A DNA stretch of 62,561 bases from a virus. Lineage: Duplodnaviria; Caudoviricetes. Shown here piece after piece: positions 1 to 7,671 of the stretch. How positions within the stretch are numbered: position 1 is the first letter of the stretch; every line of letters starts with the position of its first letter. The position numbers and the translations under genes were made by a program. The stretch covers positions 1 through 62,561 of IMG/VR virus record IMGVR_UViG_3300045993_000669; one strand, 5' to 3'. Below the pieces are notes generated by a model, which was not told the origin of the DNA, searched no databases, and saw nothing but the letters and a program-made list of their open reading frames with translations.

Positions 1-1
1 G

Positions 2-571
2 AGCGATGACCGCCCAATCTATGCCCATTGGTTTCGTTGCAAATCCTGTGCGAATAGGTTCCACGTGAAGCGGCTCACCGCCGATCCGGCCAAGGTGAAA
101 ACGCCCAAATGCCCGCGCAAGTCATGCGGCGGCAAGTCGCGCGAAAGCCATGTCCCCGATATCGGCTTCGACGCCGCCGAGGGCAAAGCACCCGCCGTGG
201 GAGGCTCCCTGTCCGGACGCGCCTTCGATTATGCCATGCAGACCACCATGGCCGATCACGGCATGACCGACATCAAGGACACCATGCGCGCCGGGGAAAA
301 CTCCGTCCCGCCCCTGCCGCCACGCCTTCAACAGCAGGCCGACAGTTTCTGGAACCCGAAACAGGCCCCTGCACAACGCCGCGGGCGTGTCGATCTGTCC
401 GGCCTCTACGGCGCGGCCGCCAGCCAGGGCGCACCCCCGCCGGGCGTTCAGAAATTCTCGGCGGGCGAAGGCCATGCGATCGCGCCCATCCTCAACAGCC
501 AGCCAACCGGATCGTCGCCCATCCCGAGACACACCATCGTCGGAGGGGACCGGCCGGGAGGCGCACGCTAA
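2..571 (+). CDS. Zn-ribbon protein (FmdB-like N-terminus); gene wraps round from the contig end
   Basis: CKSC...CPRKSC Cys pairs; same frame as 62297-62561; sits just upstream of portal. Confidence 0.65.
   Translation, partial: SDDRPIYAHWFRCKSCANRFHVKRLTADPAKVKTPKCPRKSCGGKSRESHVPDIGFDAAEGKAPAVGGSLSGRAFDYAMQTTMADHGMTDIKDTMRAGENSVPPLPPRLQQQADSFWNPKQAPAQRRGRVDLSGLYGAAASQGAPPPGVQKFSAGEGHAIAPILNSQPTGSSPIPRHTIVGGDRPGGAR
140..266. repeat. Exact 127-bp terminal direct repeat, copy 1 (circularisation overlap)
   Basis: Identical to 62435-62561 (cgcgaaagccatg...cacggcatga). Confidence 0.95.
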
Positions 572-619
572 ATCAACGCTTTGTTGCGGGACGCTCGCCC
601 GGCGTGTTAGCGGAACGGC

Positions 620-2392
620 ATGCGAATCCCAGGCAACGCGTCCCGCTCGCGCTGGGCGGGCGATCTCATCCAGGCTTGCACCGCCTCCCGGCCCCAGCGC
701 ATCCAGCGCGGCGCCGCCTACCGCAACCTGTTCCTCACGGGCGATGAAAACGGCATCCCGCAAACCTTTCTGAGAACACAGGACTTCATCCGCGATGTCC
801 TGGCCTTTCTCTACTCGCCGTCCGATCTCCGCTTCACCATGGACTACTTCGGACAGGTCAGCCCAGCGGAGAGGGCCAAGGGCCGCGCCGCCGCCGCCTT
901 CGTCCACCAGCACATCAGCAACGCCGAAATCGACGATGCCATGGGCGATTGCGTCCTCTGGGCACTCGTCAAGGGCAAGACGATCCAGCAAACCCTGTGG
1001 AGCCGCCAAGGGCTGGAAACCTATCTGATCCAGCCGGAAATGTTCGGGGTATATAACGAGAGCGTCACGTCCCTGGAAAGACAGGAAGCCTTCACCCACA
1101 CCACCTTCCCGACGCTATCCCGCTTCCGGCAAATCATTTCCGGATTGCCCGACAACAAGCAGGCCAGCCTGATGCGCCGGGCCGAGCAATCGCCGCAGCA
1201 GTCCAACGAACGCGATACCCAGAACTCCATGCTCCGCCAGATCGTCGTCGGCGGCCTCGCCCCCTATGCCATCGCCGGATCGGGCGCCCCGCAGGCACAC
1301 GGCATGGTCCAGCACCTGTTCGCCCCGTCCCCGCTGATGGATCGCGCCACCGCCGAAACCGTCGTGCAGATGGACGAACTGTGGTTCTGGAATGACGACC
1401 AGGACGATTGGGCCACGATCACCATGATCGGCGATACCATCGTCTTCGGCGAACACGCCCTGTTCAACGCCTTCAGCAGCCAGGACGGCCGCGAAAACCC
1501 GCACAACCCGCTGGCCAAGAAACACGGCTTCGTGGAATTTTGCCCCCTGCCGCTCGACGGATATTTCTGGGGCATGTCGTATATCCAACTGGTCTCGCTC
1601 ATCCAGAAATCCATCAACAACCGGATCGACGGCATCAACTGGATGCTCCGCAAGCAGGAAGACCCGCCAAGGGTGTTCAGCGGCTCAACCTCGGTGAACC
1701 AGAACGCCTATGCCAAACTGAACAAGCCCGGCGGGTTCTTCACCGACAGCAGCCCGAACGCCAAGGTTCAGGACCTCGTGCAGGCCATCCCAACCGATGT
1801 CTGGAAGTCCTTCCACGAACTGAACGCCATGTTCGACACCATCGGCGGCATGCCCCCCATCATGCGCGGCGAAGGCGAAGGCTCCGTGCGATCGCAAGGT
1901 CAGTCCGATACCCTGCTCCGCACGGGCGGCGCCCGGCACAAGGACGCCTCGCTGAAGGTGGAGCGCAGCGTGGAGCGGGTAGGCGGCAATTGCTTCGCGC
2001 TCCTGCAGGCCAAAACCACGGACACCCTGATCGCCTGGGTCATGCCGGGAACAAAATCGATCGAGGTTGACGCCGCCCCCGATCCCGATCTGGAACCCCC
2101 GGCCCCGGGGATGCTGCCCATCAGTTTCGGGCTTCAGCACCTGTCCGACCGGGCCAAGATCGCCGTGGACAGCCATTCCGCCAGCCCGGCCTTCCGCGAG
2201 GAAGCACGCCAACTTGCCTTTGCCTTGCACAAGGTTGGCGCGGCCAGCCCGCAGCGCGTGGTCGAAATGGTCCATCCCAGCAGCGAAGATGCGCTGATCG
2301 AGGACATCGAACGCCAGCAGATCGAGAGGGCCGCGCTGATCGCCGCGCACCCCGAAATCCTTACCAAAGGCAAGGGCAAGCCGAAGGTGTGA
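620..2392 (+). CDS. Portal protein
   Basis: 590 aa between terminase and scaffold/capsid; podovirus portal-like segment FWGMSYIQLVSLIQKSINNRID. Confidence 0.8.
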   Translation: MRIPGNASRSRWAGDLIQACTASRPQRIQRGAAYRNLFLTGDENGIPQTFLRTQDFIRDVLAFLYSPSDLRFTMDYFGQVSPAERAKGRAAAAFVHQHISNAEIDDAMGDCVLWALVKGKTIQQTLWSRQGLETYLIQPEMFGVYNESVTSLERQEAFTHTTFPTLSRFRQIISGLPDNKQASLMRRAEQSPQQSNERDTQNSMLRQIVVGGLAPYAIAGSGAPQAHGMVQHLFAPSPLMDRATAETVVQMDELWFWNDDQDDWATITMIGDTIVFGEHALFNAFSSQDGRENPHNPLAKKHGFVEFCPLPLDGYFWGMSYIQLVSLIQKSINNRIDGINWMLRKQEDPPRVFSGSTSVNQNAYAKLNKPGGFFTDSSPNAKVQDLVQAIPTDVWKSFHELNAMFDTIGGMPPIMRGEGEGSVRSQGQSDTLLRTGGARHKDASLKVERSVERVGGNCFALLQAKTTDTLIAWVMPGTKSIEVDAAPDPDLEPPAPGMLPISFGLQHLSDRAKIAVDSHSASPAFREEARQLAFALHKVGAASPQRVVEMVHPSSEDALIEDIERQQIERAALIAAHPEILTKGKGKPKV

Positions 2393-2405
2393 TTTCAAGC
2401 AGTTG

Positions 2406-2435
2406 TTGACACTTCCTAAAACGTCACATTAGGTT
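2406..2435 (+). promoter_or_regulatory. Sigma70-like promoter
   Basis: TTGACA-18 nt-TAGGTT in an AT-rich gap after the portal gene. Confidence 0.55.
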
Positions 2436-2496
2436 GCGCCCGCCGGCAATCCGCCGGCCCCGGTGACTTCTCTCGGGCAACTCAAGGAGATCGACC

Positions 2497-2541
2497 ATGA
2501 ACGCACGCTACAAGCGCGGCCGGAAGGCCCGCCGCCGGTAA
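2497..2541 (+). CDS. 14-aa Arg/Lys-rich micropeptide MNARYKRGRKARRR
   Basis: AAGGAGA Shine-Dalgarno 6 nt upstream of ATG; downstream of promoter; followed by a hairpin. Confidence 0.55.
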   Translation: MNARYKRGRKARRR

Positions 2542-2603
2542 CCGGCAGGCGCCCGGCGGCTTCGTTAGCGAATGCGCCGGGTGCCGGTCTTTCAGGAGGT
2601 TCG

Positions 2604-3035
2604 ATGGCTTTGGGGCCAATGCCGGCCGGAGTGCCAGGAGGCGGATTGCCCCCAGGCATGGGTATGCCGCCGCCCCCAGGCCCGCCCGGCAACGCAGGCC
2701 CGGCCACCATCCCCCAAGGCAACCCCGGCAATATCAAGCAGGCCGCCGAACTGCTGAACATCGCCCTTCAAGCGATGAACAAAGCCCTGCCCTCCATCCC
2801 GCTCGGTTCGCCCGCACACGGCAAGGTCATGAAAATGATCACCGACCTGCAAAAGACGATGCAGGAAACAGCGGAAGACATGAAGGGCAGCCTTCAGCAG
2901 ATGATGGAACTCATGAAACAAATGAAGGCGAAGCAGCAGCAAGGCGCGCAAAGCGCCCTCGCGCCGCCGCCCAACCAAGGCCCCGCCATGCCACAGGGCA
3001 TGCCCGCACAGCCGCCGCCGCAAGAAGGAATGTGA
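2604..3035 (+). CDS. Pro/Gly/Gln-rich head-module protein
   Basis: AGGAGGT RBS before ATG 2604, a better start than 2463. Confidence 0.7.
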   Translation: MALGPMPAGVPGGGLPPGMGMPPPPGPPGNAGPATIPQGNPGNIKQAAELLNIALQAMNKALPSIPLGSPAHGKVMKMITDLQKTMQETAEDMKGSLQQMMELMKQMKAKQQQGAQSALAPPPNQGPAMPQGMPAQPPPQEGM

Positions 3036-3037
3036 TC

Positions 3038-3241
3038 ATGGCCAGCACCATCAACAACCCGCCCGGACCCTTCGCCCCCTACGACAATCAGGTGAAGGAA
3101 GACGACCCGTACATGATCCGCGTGCCGACCCGGCGCATGGACATCGGCGCCAGGGCATCCGGCATGCCCGGCAGCCTCGGCGCCGGCCCGGGCGAAATCG
3201 TCCATGTCGGCACGTCCGTGAAGGGTAACCGTCAGTCGTGA
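3038..3241 (+). CDS. Small hypothetical head-module protein
   Basis: Tightly packed ORF. Confidence 0.6.
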   Translation: MASTINNPPGPFAPYDNQVKEDDPYMIRVPTRRMDIGARASGMPGSLGAGPGEIVHVGTSVKGNRQS

Positions 3242-3852
3242 GCGACAGCGACCCAAACGCCGTTGTCGTACCGCGCGATCAGTTCGACATCGGCCAGCGC
3301 GCCACCGCGCTCCTGAACCAGATGCTCGGCCACCCCAAGCACGCGGCGGCGGCCGAAGCGATCATCCAGGAATTGAACCCGAACGCGAAGTTCCCCGGGC
3401 GGGCCGCCCGCGAGGCAGCCTACGCCCCGGTGAACGCCGCCCTGGAAGAAGAACGGGCCGAACGCCTGAAACTGGAGAAGCGCCTCAATGACCGTGAAGC
3501 CGCAGACAAAGAAGCCGCCGACAAACGCGCGGAAGCCGACATCGAAGCAAGGATCGAAGGCGTCAAGCGACAACACGGATTCTCCGACGAAGCCATGGAG
3601 AAAGTGATCGGCCGGATGCGGGAGAAGAACAACCCCGACATCGAGGCCGCCGCCGCCTACGTCGCCGGGACCATGCCGCGCGCCACACCCGCGATCGGGA
3701 ACGATGGCCTGCCGCGCAACGTGGACAACTACGGCTTCGGCACGGGCGACGAAGCCTGGAAAGGGCTGCACGCGAACCCGGATCGCTGGCTGGCGGACGA
3801 AATCCGCAAGACCGTCGCCGACCCGGAATTTCTCCGCCTCGGAAATCAGTAA
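3238..3852 (+). CDS. Putative scaffolding protein
   Basis: Charged coiled-coil protein immediately upstream of the capsid gene. Confidence 0.6.
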   Translation: MSDSDPNAVVVPRDQFDIGQRATALLNQMLGHPKHAAAAEAIIQELNPNAKFPGRAAREAAYAPVNAALEEERAERLKLEKRLNDREAADKEAADKRAEADIEARIEGVKRQHGFSDEAMEKVIGRMREKNNPDIEAAAAYVAGTMPRATPAIGNDGLPRNVDNYGFGTGDEAWKGLHANPDRWLADEIRKTVADPEFLRLGNQ

Positions 3853-3865
3853 GGACCCGCGATAG

Positions 3866-4954
3866 ATGTCAGCCACAACCTTCACGAGCGCCATCAGTGG
3901 CGGCATCGTCCCCGGCGGCCTGACGGGCCAGCAACTGTCCTACATCACCCGCCGCGCCATCATCCCAACCGTGTTCGTCCAGGTCTATCAGGCGCATCCG
4001 CTCCTGAGCCTCCTGATGGCGAACACCCAGGCCGCCCTCGGCGGCGTCGGATCGATCACCTTCCCGGTGCAGGGTTCGTCCTTCGTGTCGTTCCAGTGGG
4101 GCGGGTTCGGCGGCGACTTCGCGATGCCGCAGGATCAGATCGCGCTCAACAACGCGCAGTTCAACCTGAAGGCGGGCATGGTCCCCATCGGGTTCTTCGG
4201 CTTCGAGAGCATCATCCAATCGTCCGAGGTCGTGATCCCCAAACTGCGGGCCGTGACATCCGACGCCGCGGTGGTGATGAAGCAGGCGCTGGCCACGGCC
4301 CTCTATTCCTACACCGCCAACCCCCAGGCGCTCGACGGCCTCGTCGGCGCCTACGACAACGGCACGAACGCCGCGACATACGGCGGCATCGCCCGGACCA
4401 ACGGCTACTGGCAGGGCCAGTACTATCCCAACAGCGCGACGATCGCGAACCGCCTGGGCGTGGCCAACGCCATCATGAAGGTCCACACGGGCGCGGGCGG
4501 CGAAGCCCCTGATTTCATCGTGATGAACCCGGTGAACTGGGCCACGCTGATGTCCGACTTCATGGGCGCGGAGATGTTCCAGACCACGCCGAAATCCCGC
4601 TACGACAGCGACAGCGTGGTGAACGCGGGCTTCAGGGCGATCCGTGTCCTCGACGTTCCGGTCTTCCCGGACCCGTTCTGCCCCATCGGCGAGATGTACG
4701 CGATCAACAGCCGATACCTCGCGATGTTCATGCACCCGTCCCTGCAAATGTTCTTCACCGGCTTCGAATCCCTCGTCTCCCAGGGCCAGCTGGCCTCGGT
4801 CGGCGTGTTGGTCGCGGGCCTGAACATGTGCTGCATGAAGCCATCATCGGGCGCGCATTTCACCGGCATCCAGTCTCCCGCATGGGTTGGCGCTCCGTCG
4901 CCGCCGCCTGTCGTCGCCTCTCAGACCGGCTTCGCCGGCGCCCCACTCGTTTAA
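3866..4954 (+). CDS. Major capsid protein (HK97 fold)
   Basis: 362 aa, strong codon bias, position; LDGLVGA..TYGGIAR and PDFIVMNP motifs typical of podovirus MCPs. Confidence 0.85.
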   Translation: MSATTFTSAISGGIVPGGLTGQQLSYITRRAIIPTVFVQVYQAHPLLSLLMANTQAALGGVGSITFPVQGSSFVSFQWGGFGGDFAMPQDQIALNNAQFNLKAGMVPIGFFGFESIIQSSEVVIPKLRAVTSDAAVVMKQALATALYSYTANPQALDGLVGAYDNGTNAATYGGIARTNGYWQGQYYPNSATIANRLGVANAIMKVHTGAGGEAPDFIVMNPVNWATLMSDFMGAEMFQTTPKSRYDSDSVVNAGFRAIRVLDVPVFPDPFCPIGEMYAINSRYLAMFMHPSLQMFFTGFESLVSQGQLASVGVLVAGLNMCCMKPSSGAHFTGIQSPAWVGAPSPPPVVASQTGFAGAPLV

Positions 4955-4966
4955 GGAACCCTCCCC

Positions 4967-6034
4967 ATGGCGAACCGTTTTGGTGGCGTTGGTGTTACGC
5001 TGCCCCTCAACCAGATCGGCACCAACGGCATATCGCTTCAGGCCGGACAGGTGCAATTCGTTCCGCCCGGATACTACAATCTGCGTCATGGCATTTATTC
5101 CTCGGTGCAGACCTTCGATCCGGTCATGAACGTGTGGCGCCCGTGCGGCTCCGATCCGGGCGCGTGGCAGCAGGTCGATTCGGACGGCAGCAACTACCGC
5201 ATCGCCAACCAGTCCGGCTGCCCGGTGGCCTGTCTCCTGACCAACGCGGGCACCGGCTACACCACGGCCCCGACTGTCACGGCCTCGGCCGGCGGCTCCA
5301 AATGGACCGCCATCATGGGGCAGGTGATCAGCACCACGATCACCGTCACGGCCCCCGGCTCGAACTACCTCTACCCGCCGCTCGCGATCATCAGCGCGCC
5401 GCAGGGGCCGGGCATCACCGCATCCGCCAAGGTGAACCTCACCGCGGGCGCCGTGTCCTCTATCACCGTGATCGACCAGGGCGGCGGCTATACCTCGCCG
5501 CCAACAATCTCGCTGGTCAACGATCCGCGCGACACGAACCCCGGCTCGGGTGCGACGGCCGTCTGCACCCTGACCGGCGCGGGCACCGTCAACGCGGTGA
5601 TCTGCACCGACCACGGCACCCCGCTCGCGGCCCTGCCCACCCTTTCCTTCACGGGCGGCGGCGGCGCATCGGCGGCGGCAACCGTCATCATGGATTGGGC
5701 GGTTCAGGCTTACGTGGTCTCCGGCGGCGGTGCCACCTACACCGGCAACGTGATCGTCACCACGATCGGAACCGGCATCCCGACAACGGCCACCGCCTAC
5801 ACCAACCCGAACAGCCAAGCGTCTTTCCTCCGCACAAGGCCCGCCGTTATCCTCGGCGCTCTCTCGGCCGGCGCGATCACGGCAACCGGACAGGTCTTGC
5901 AGGACGGCGGCTCCATCGGCGGCATCGCCTCCAATATCGGGTTCGCGACCTTCGGCGGCGCTGTCGGCACCGTGGCGACCCTGACCTTCACCGTGGGCGG
6001 CATCGACGACTTCCTGTGGATGCAGGCCGGATAA
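4967..6034 (+). CDS. Virion structural/decoration protein with G-x-G-Y-T-x-x-P-T-V repeats
   Basis: Thr/Gly/Ala-rich beta-type composition, directly after capsid. Confidence 0.65.
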   Translation: MANRFGGVGVTLPLNQIGTNGISLQAGQVQFVPPGYYNLRHGIYSSVQTFDPVMNVWRPCGSDPGAWQQVDSDGSNYRIANQSGCPVACLLTNAGTGYTTAPTVTASAGGSKWTAIMGQVISTTITVTAPGSNYLYPPLAIISAPQGPGITASAKVNLTAGAVSSITVIDQGGGYTSPPTISLVNDPRDTNPGSGATAVCTLTGAGTVNAVICTDHGTPLAALPTLSFTGGGGASAAATVIMDWAVQAYVVSGGGATYTGNVIVTTIGTGIPTTATAYTNPNSQASFLRTRPAVILGALSAGAITATGQVLQDGGSIGGIASNIGFATFGGAVGTVATLTFTVGGIDDFLWMQAG

Positions 6035-6035
6035 T

Positions 6036-6794
6036 GTGGGCTGGCAGAAATACATCAATGAAACGCGGAACCTGATCCGCGACCCGCAGGGCTTGTTCGT
6101 GCCAACGAACACCCTGACGGGCTACATCAACGACGCCCGCCATGAAACCTCGCTGCTGACCGACTGCTGCCGGAGGCTCATCACCGGCCAGTCCCCCTTT
6201 GGCGCCACCGCCGTGCCCGGATCGGCCGTTCCCGGTGGTGCCATGCCAGGATCAACATCGGCCAGCACCTTCAACACCATCGCCGGCCAGGAACGCTACC
6301 CGTTCATCGGTTTTGGAAATATTTACCTGAACCAGCAATACCAGGGCCTTCGCGGCATCCGCGACGTGATCAGCGTTTCCGTGTCCTGGGGCGGCACGTC
6401 CCGGCCATCGCTGGATTGGATGCCATGGGAGGACCTACAGGCATATCTCCGGTCCAACCAGATCCTGGTGACGAACTACCCATCGGTGTTCTCCATCTAC
6501 AACGACGGCGAGGCGGGCGAGGTCTACCTGTATTCCACCCCGCAAACGGCGAACGAGATGGAATGGGACGTGTTCTGCACCGCGGGCGATATCTTCTCCG
6601 ATGACGATTACGACGCGATCCCCGACCCGTTCACGTCCGGGGTGAAGTTCTACGCGGCGGGCCGGGCGTTCGAGGACAGCGGGCGGTACGACAGCGCATC
6701 CCTGATGTTTGCCCGCTTTGAGCATAGCAACGGCCTCCGCCGCGGCGCCGTAGACCGCGGAAAAACAAAAAGTTTCTACCCGGTTTGGCGATAA
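6036..6794 (+). CDS. Head-tail adaptor (P22 gp4 / T7 gp11-like)
   Basis: Position and size; YINDAR... and IPDPFTSGVKFYAA pattern. Confidence 0.65.
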   Translation: MGWQKYINETRNLIRDPQGLFVPTNTLTGYINDARHETSLLTDCCRRLITGQSPFGATAVPGSAVPGGAMPGSTSASTFNTIAGQERYPFIGFGNIYLNQQYQGLRGIRDVISVSVSWGGTSRPSLDWMPWEDLQAYLRSNQILVTNYPSVFSIYNDGEAGEVYLYSTPQTANEMEWDVFCTAGDIFSDDDYDAIPDPFTSGVKFYAAGRAFEDSGRYDSASLMFARFEHSNGLRRGAVDRGKTKSFYPVWR

Positions 6795-7624
6795 TGTGGG
6801 TCAGCCAATATCCCCCTTGCCTTCTCGGCCTTTCGCTCAAGGGCCGTTTCGGCATTTTGGTAAAGCGCGTCGATAACGGCGTACGCTGCCCGACAGTTCA
6901 TATACACCTTGAAAATATTCCCTTCCGGACAGACCTTGACCTTGGTTTGTGCGACGGTTTTGCAGAACGTGAGGAACTGATCCATCAGAGTTTCGCTCCC
7001 ACGGAGGGCGAGATAAGGCTTTTTGCCATTGCAAATGATCGATCCATCTCCATCGATCGTCCCTCTCCAGAAGTTTGGATTCAGTTCAAGGCCATATGTG
7101 CGTGCTGTGAAAGTTTTGCGCTCAGTGATGCCAAAGGAGGCGAGATCGCCGACCATCCTCTCGGATACGACAGTGACGAGCGCGCAGCCATTGTCTTTTA
7201 TGGCACGGCCTTTGATGTAGGAAACCTGTCCGGGGGGGTAGGTTCCTATGGGAGCGTCAGTTCCAAGGAAGATTCGGAACTTCTCCAAATGTGCCAGATC
7301 CTTAATGCTCAAATGGAGCCGCACCTTATTTCCCATAATGCAGCCGTCAGCCATCAAAAATCCGCACCAATAGGCGGAGTCTGGGGTAACCGTGGAGAAT
7401 GCCGAGTGGTTGACCGTGTATCTGCGGTTCCCAATCCATTCGCCACGGGACAGGATAAGTTGTTGGGCGTCAGTCCGGGCTCGGGCGCATTTTGCTCGCC
7501 TCACGATGCAGGAGACGTTCCAGTCGTTTATTCCCATGATGGCCGCAATGTTCTTGGGCCGATCGCCTGCCGTGTACCGGGCTATGACTTCGGCGCGGGC
7601 GTCGTCGGATATAATGTATCGCAT
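6776..7624 (-). CDS. Free-standing LAGLIDADG homing endonuclease with N-terminal HTH
   Basis: Two motifs AYWCGFLMADGCI and NFWRGTIDGDGSI; C-terminal LERKAEKA; lower GC than flanks. Confidence 0.85.
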   Translation of the reverse strand: MRYIISDDARAEVIARYTAGDRPKNIAAIMGINDWNVSCIVRRAKCARARTDAQQLILSRGEWIGNRRYTVNHSAFSTVTPDSAYWCGFLMADGCIMGNKVRLHLSIKDLAHLEKFRIFLGTDAPIGTYPPGQVSYIKGRAIKDNGCALVTVVSERMVGDLASFGITERKTFTARTYGLELNPNFWRGTIDGDGSIICNGKKPYLALRGSETLMDQFLTFCKTVAQTKVKVCPEGNIFKVYMNCRAAYAVIDALYQNAETALERKAEKARGILADPHYRQTG

Positions 7625-7671
7625 GGGGGTGATTTTACCCCGATCCACATCGAACGCCAGCTGTAACCCCC

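Noticed and set aside
2463-2603. N-terminal extension of ORF 2463-3035
   Set aside because: Strong RBS at 2594-2600 supports ATG 2604; the upstream part holds the micropeptide and a hairpin.
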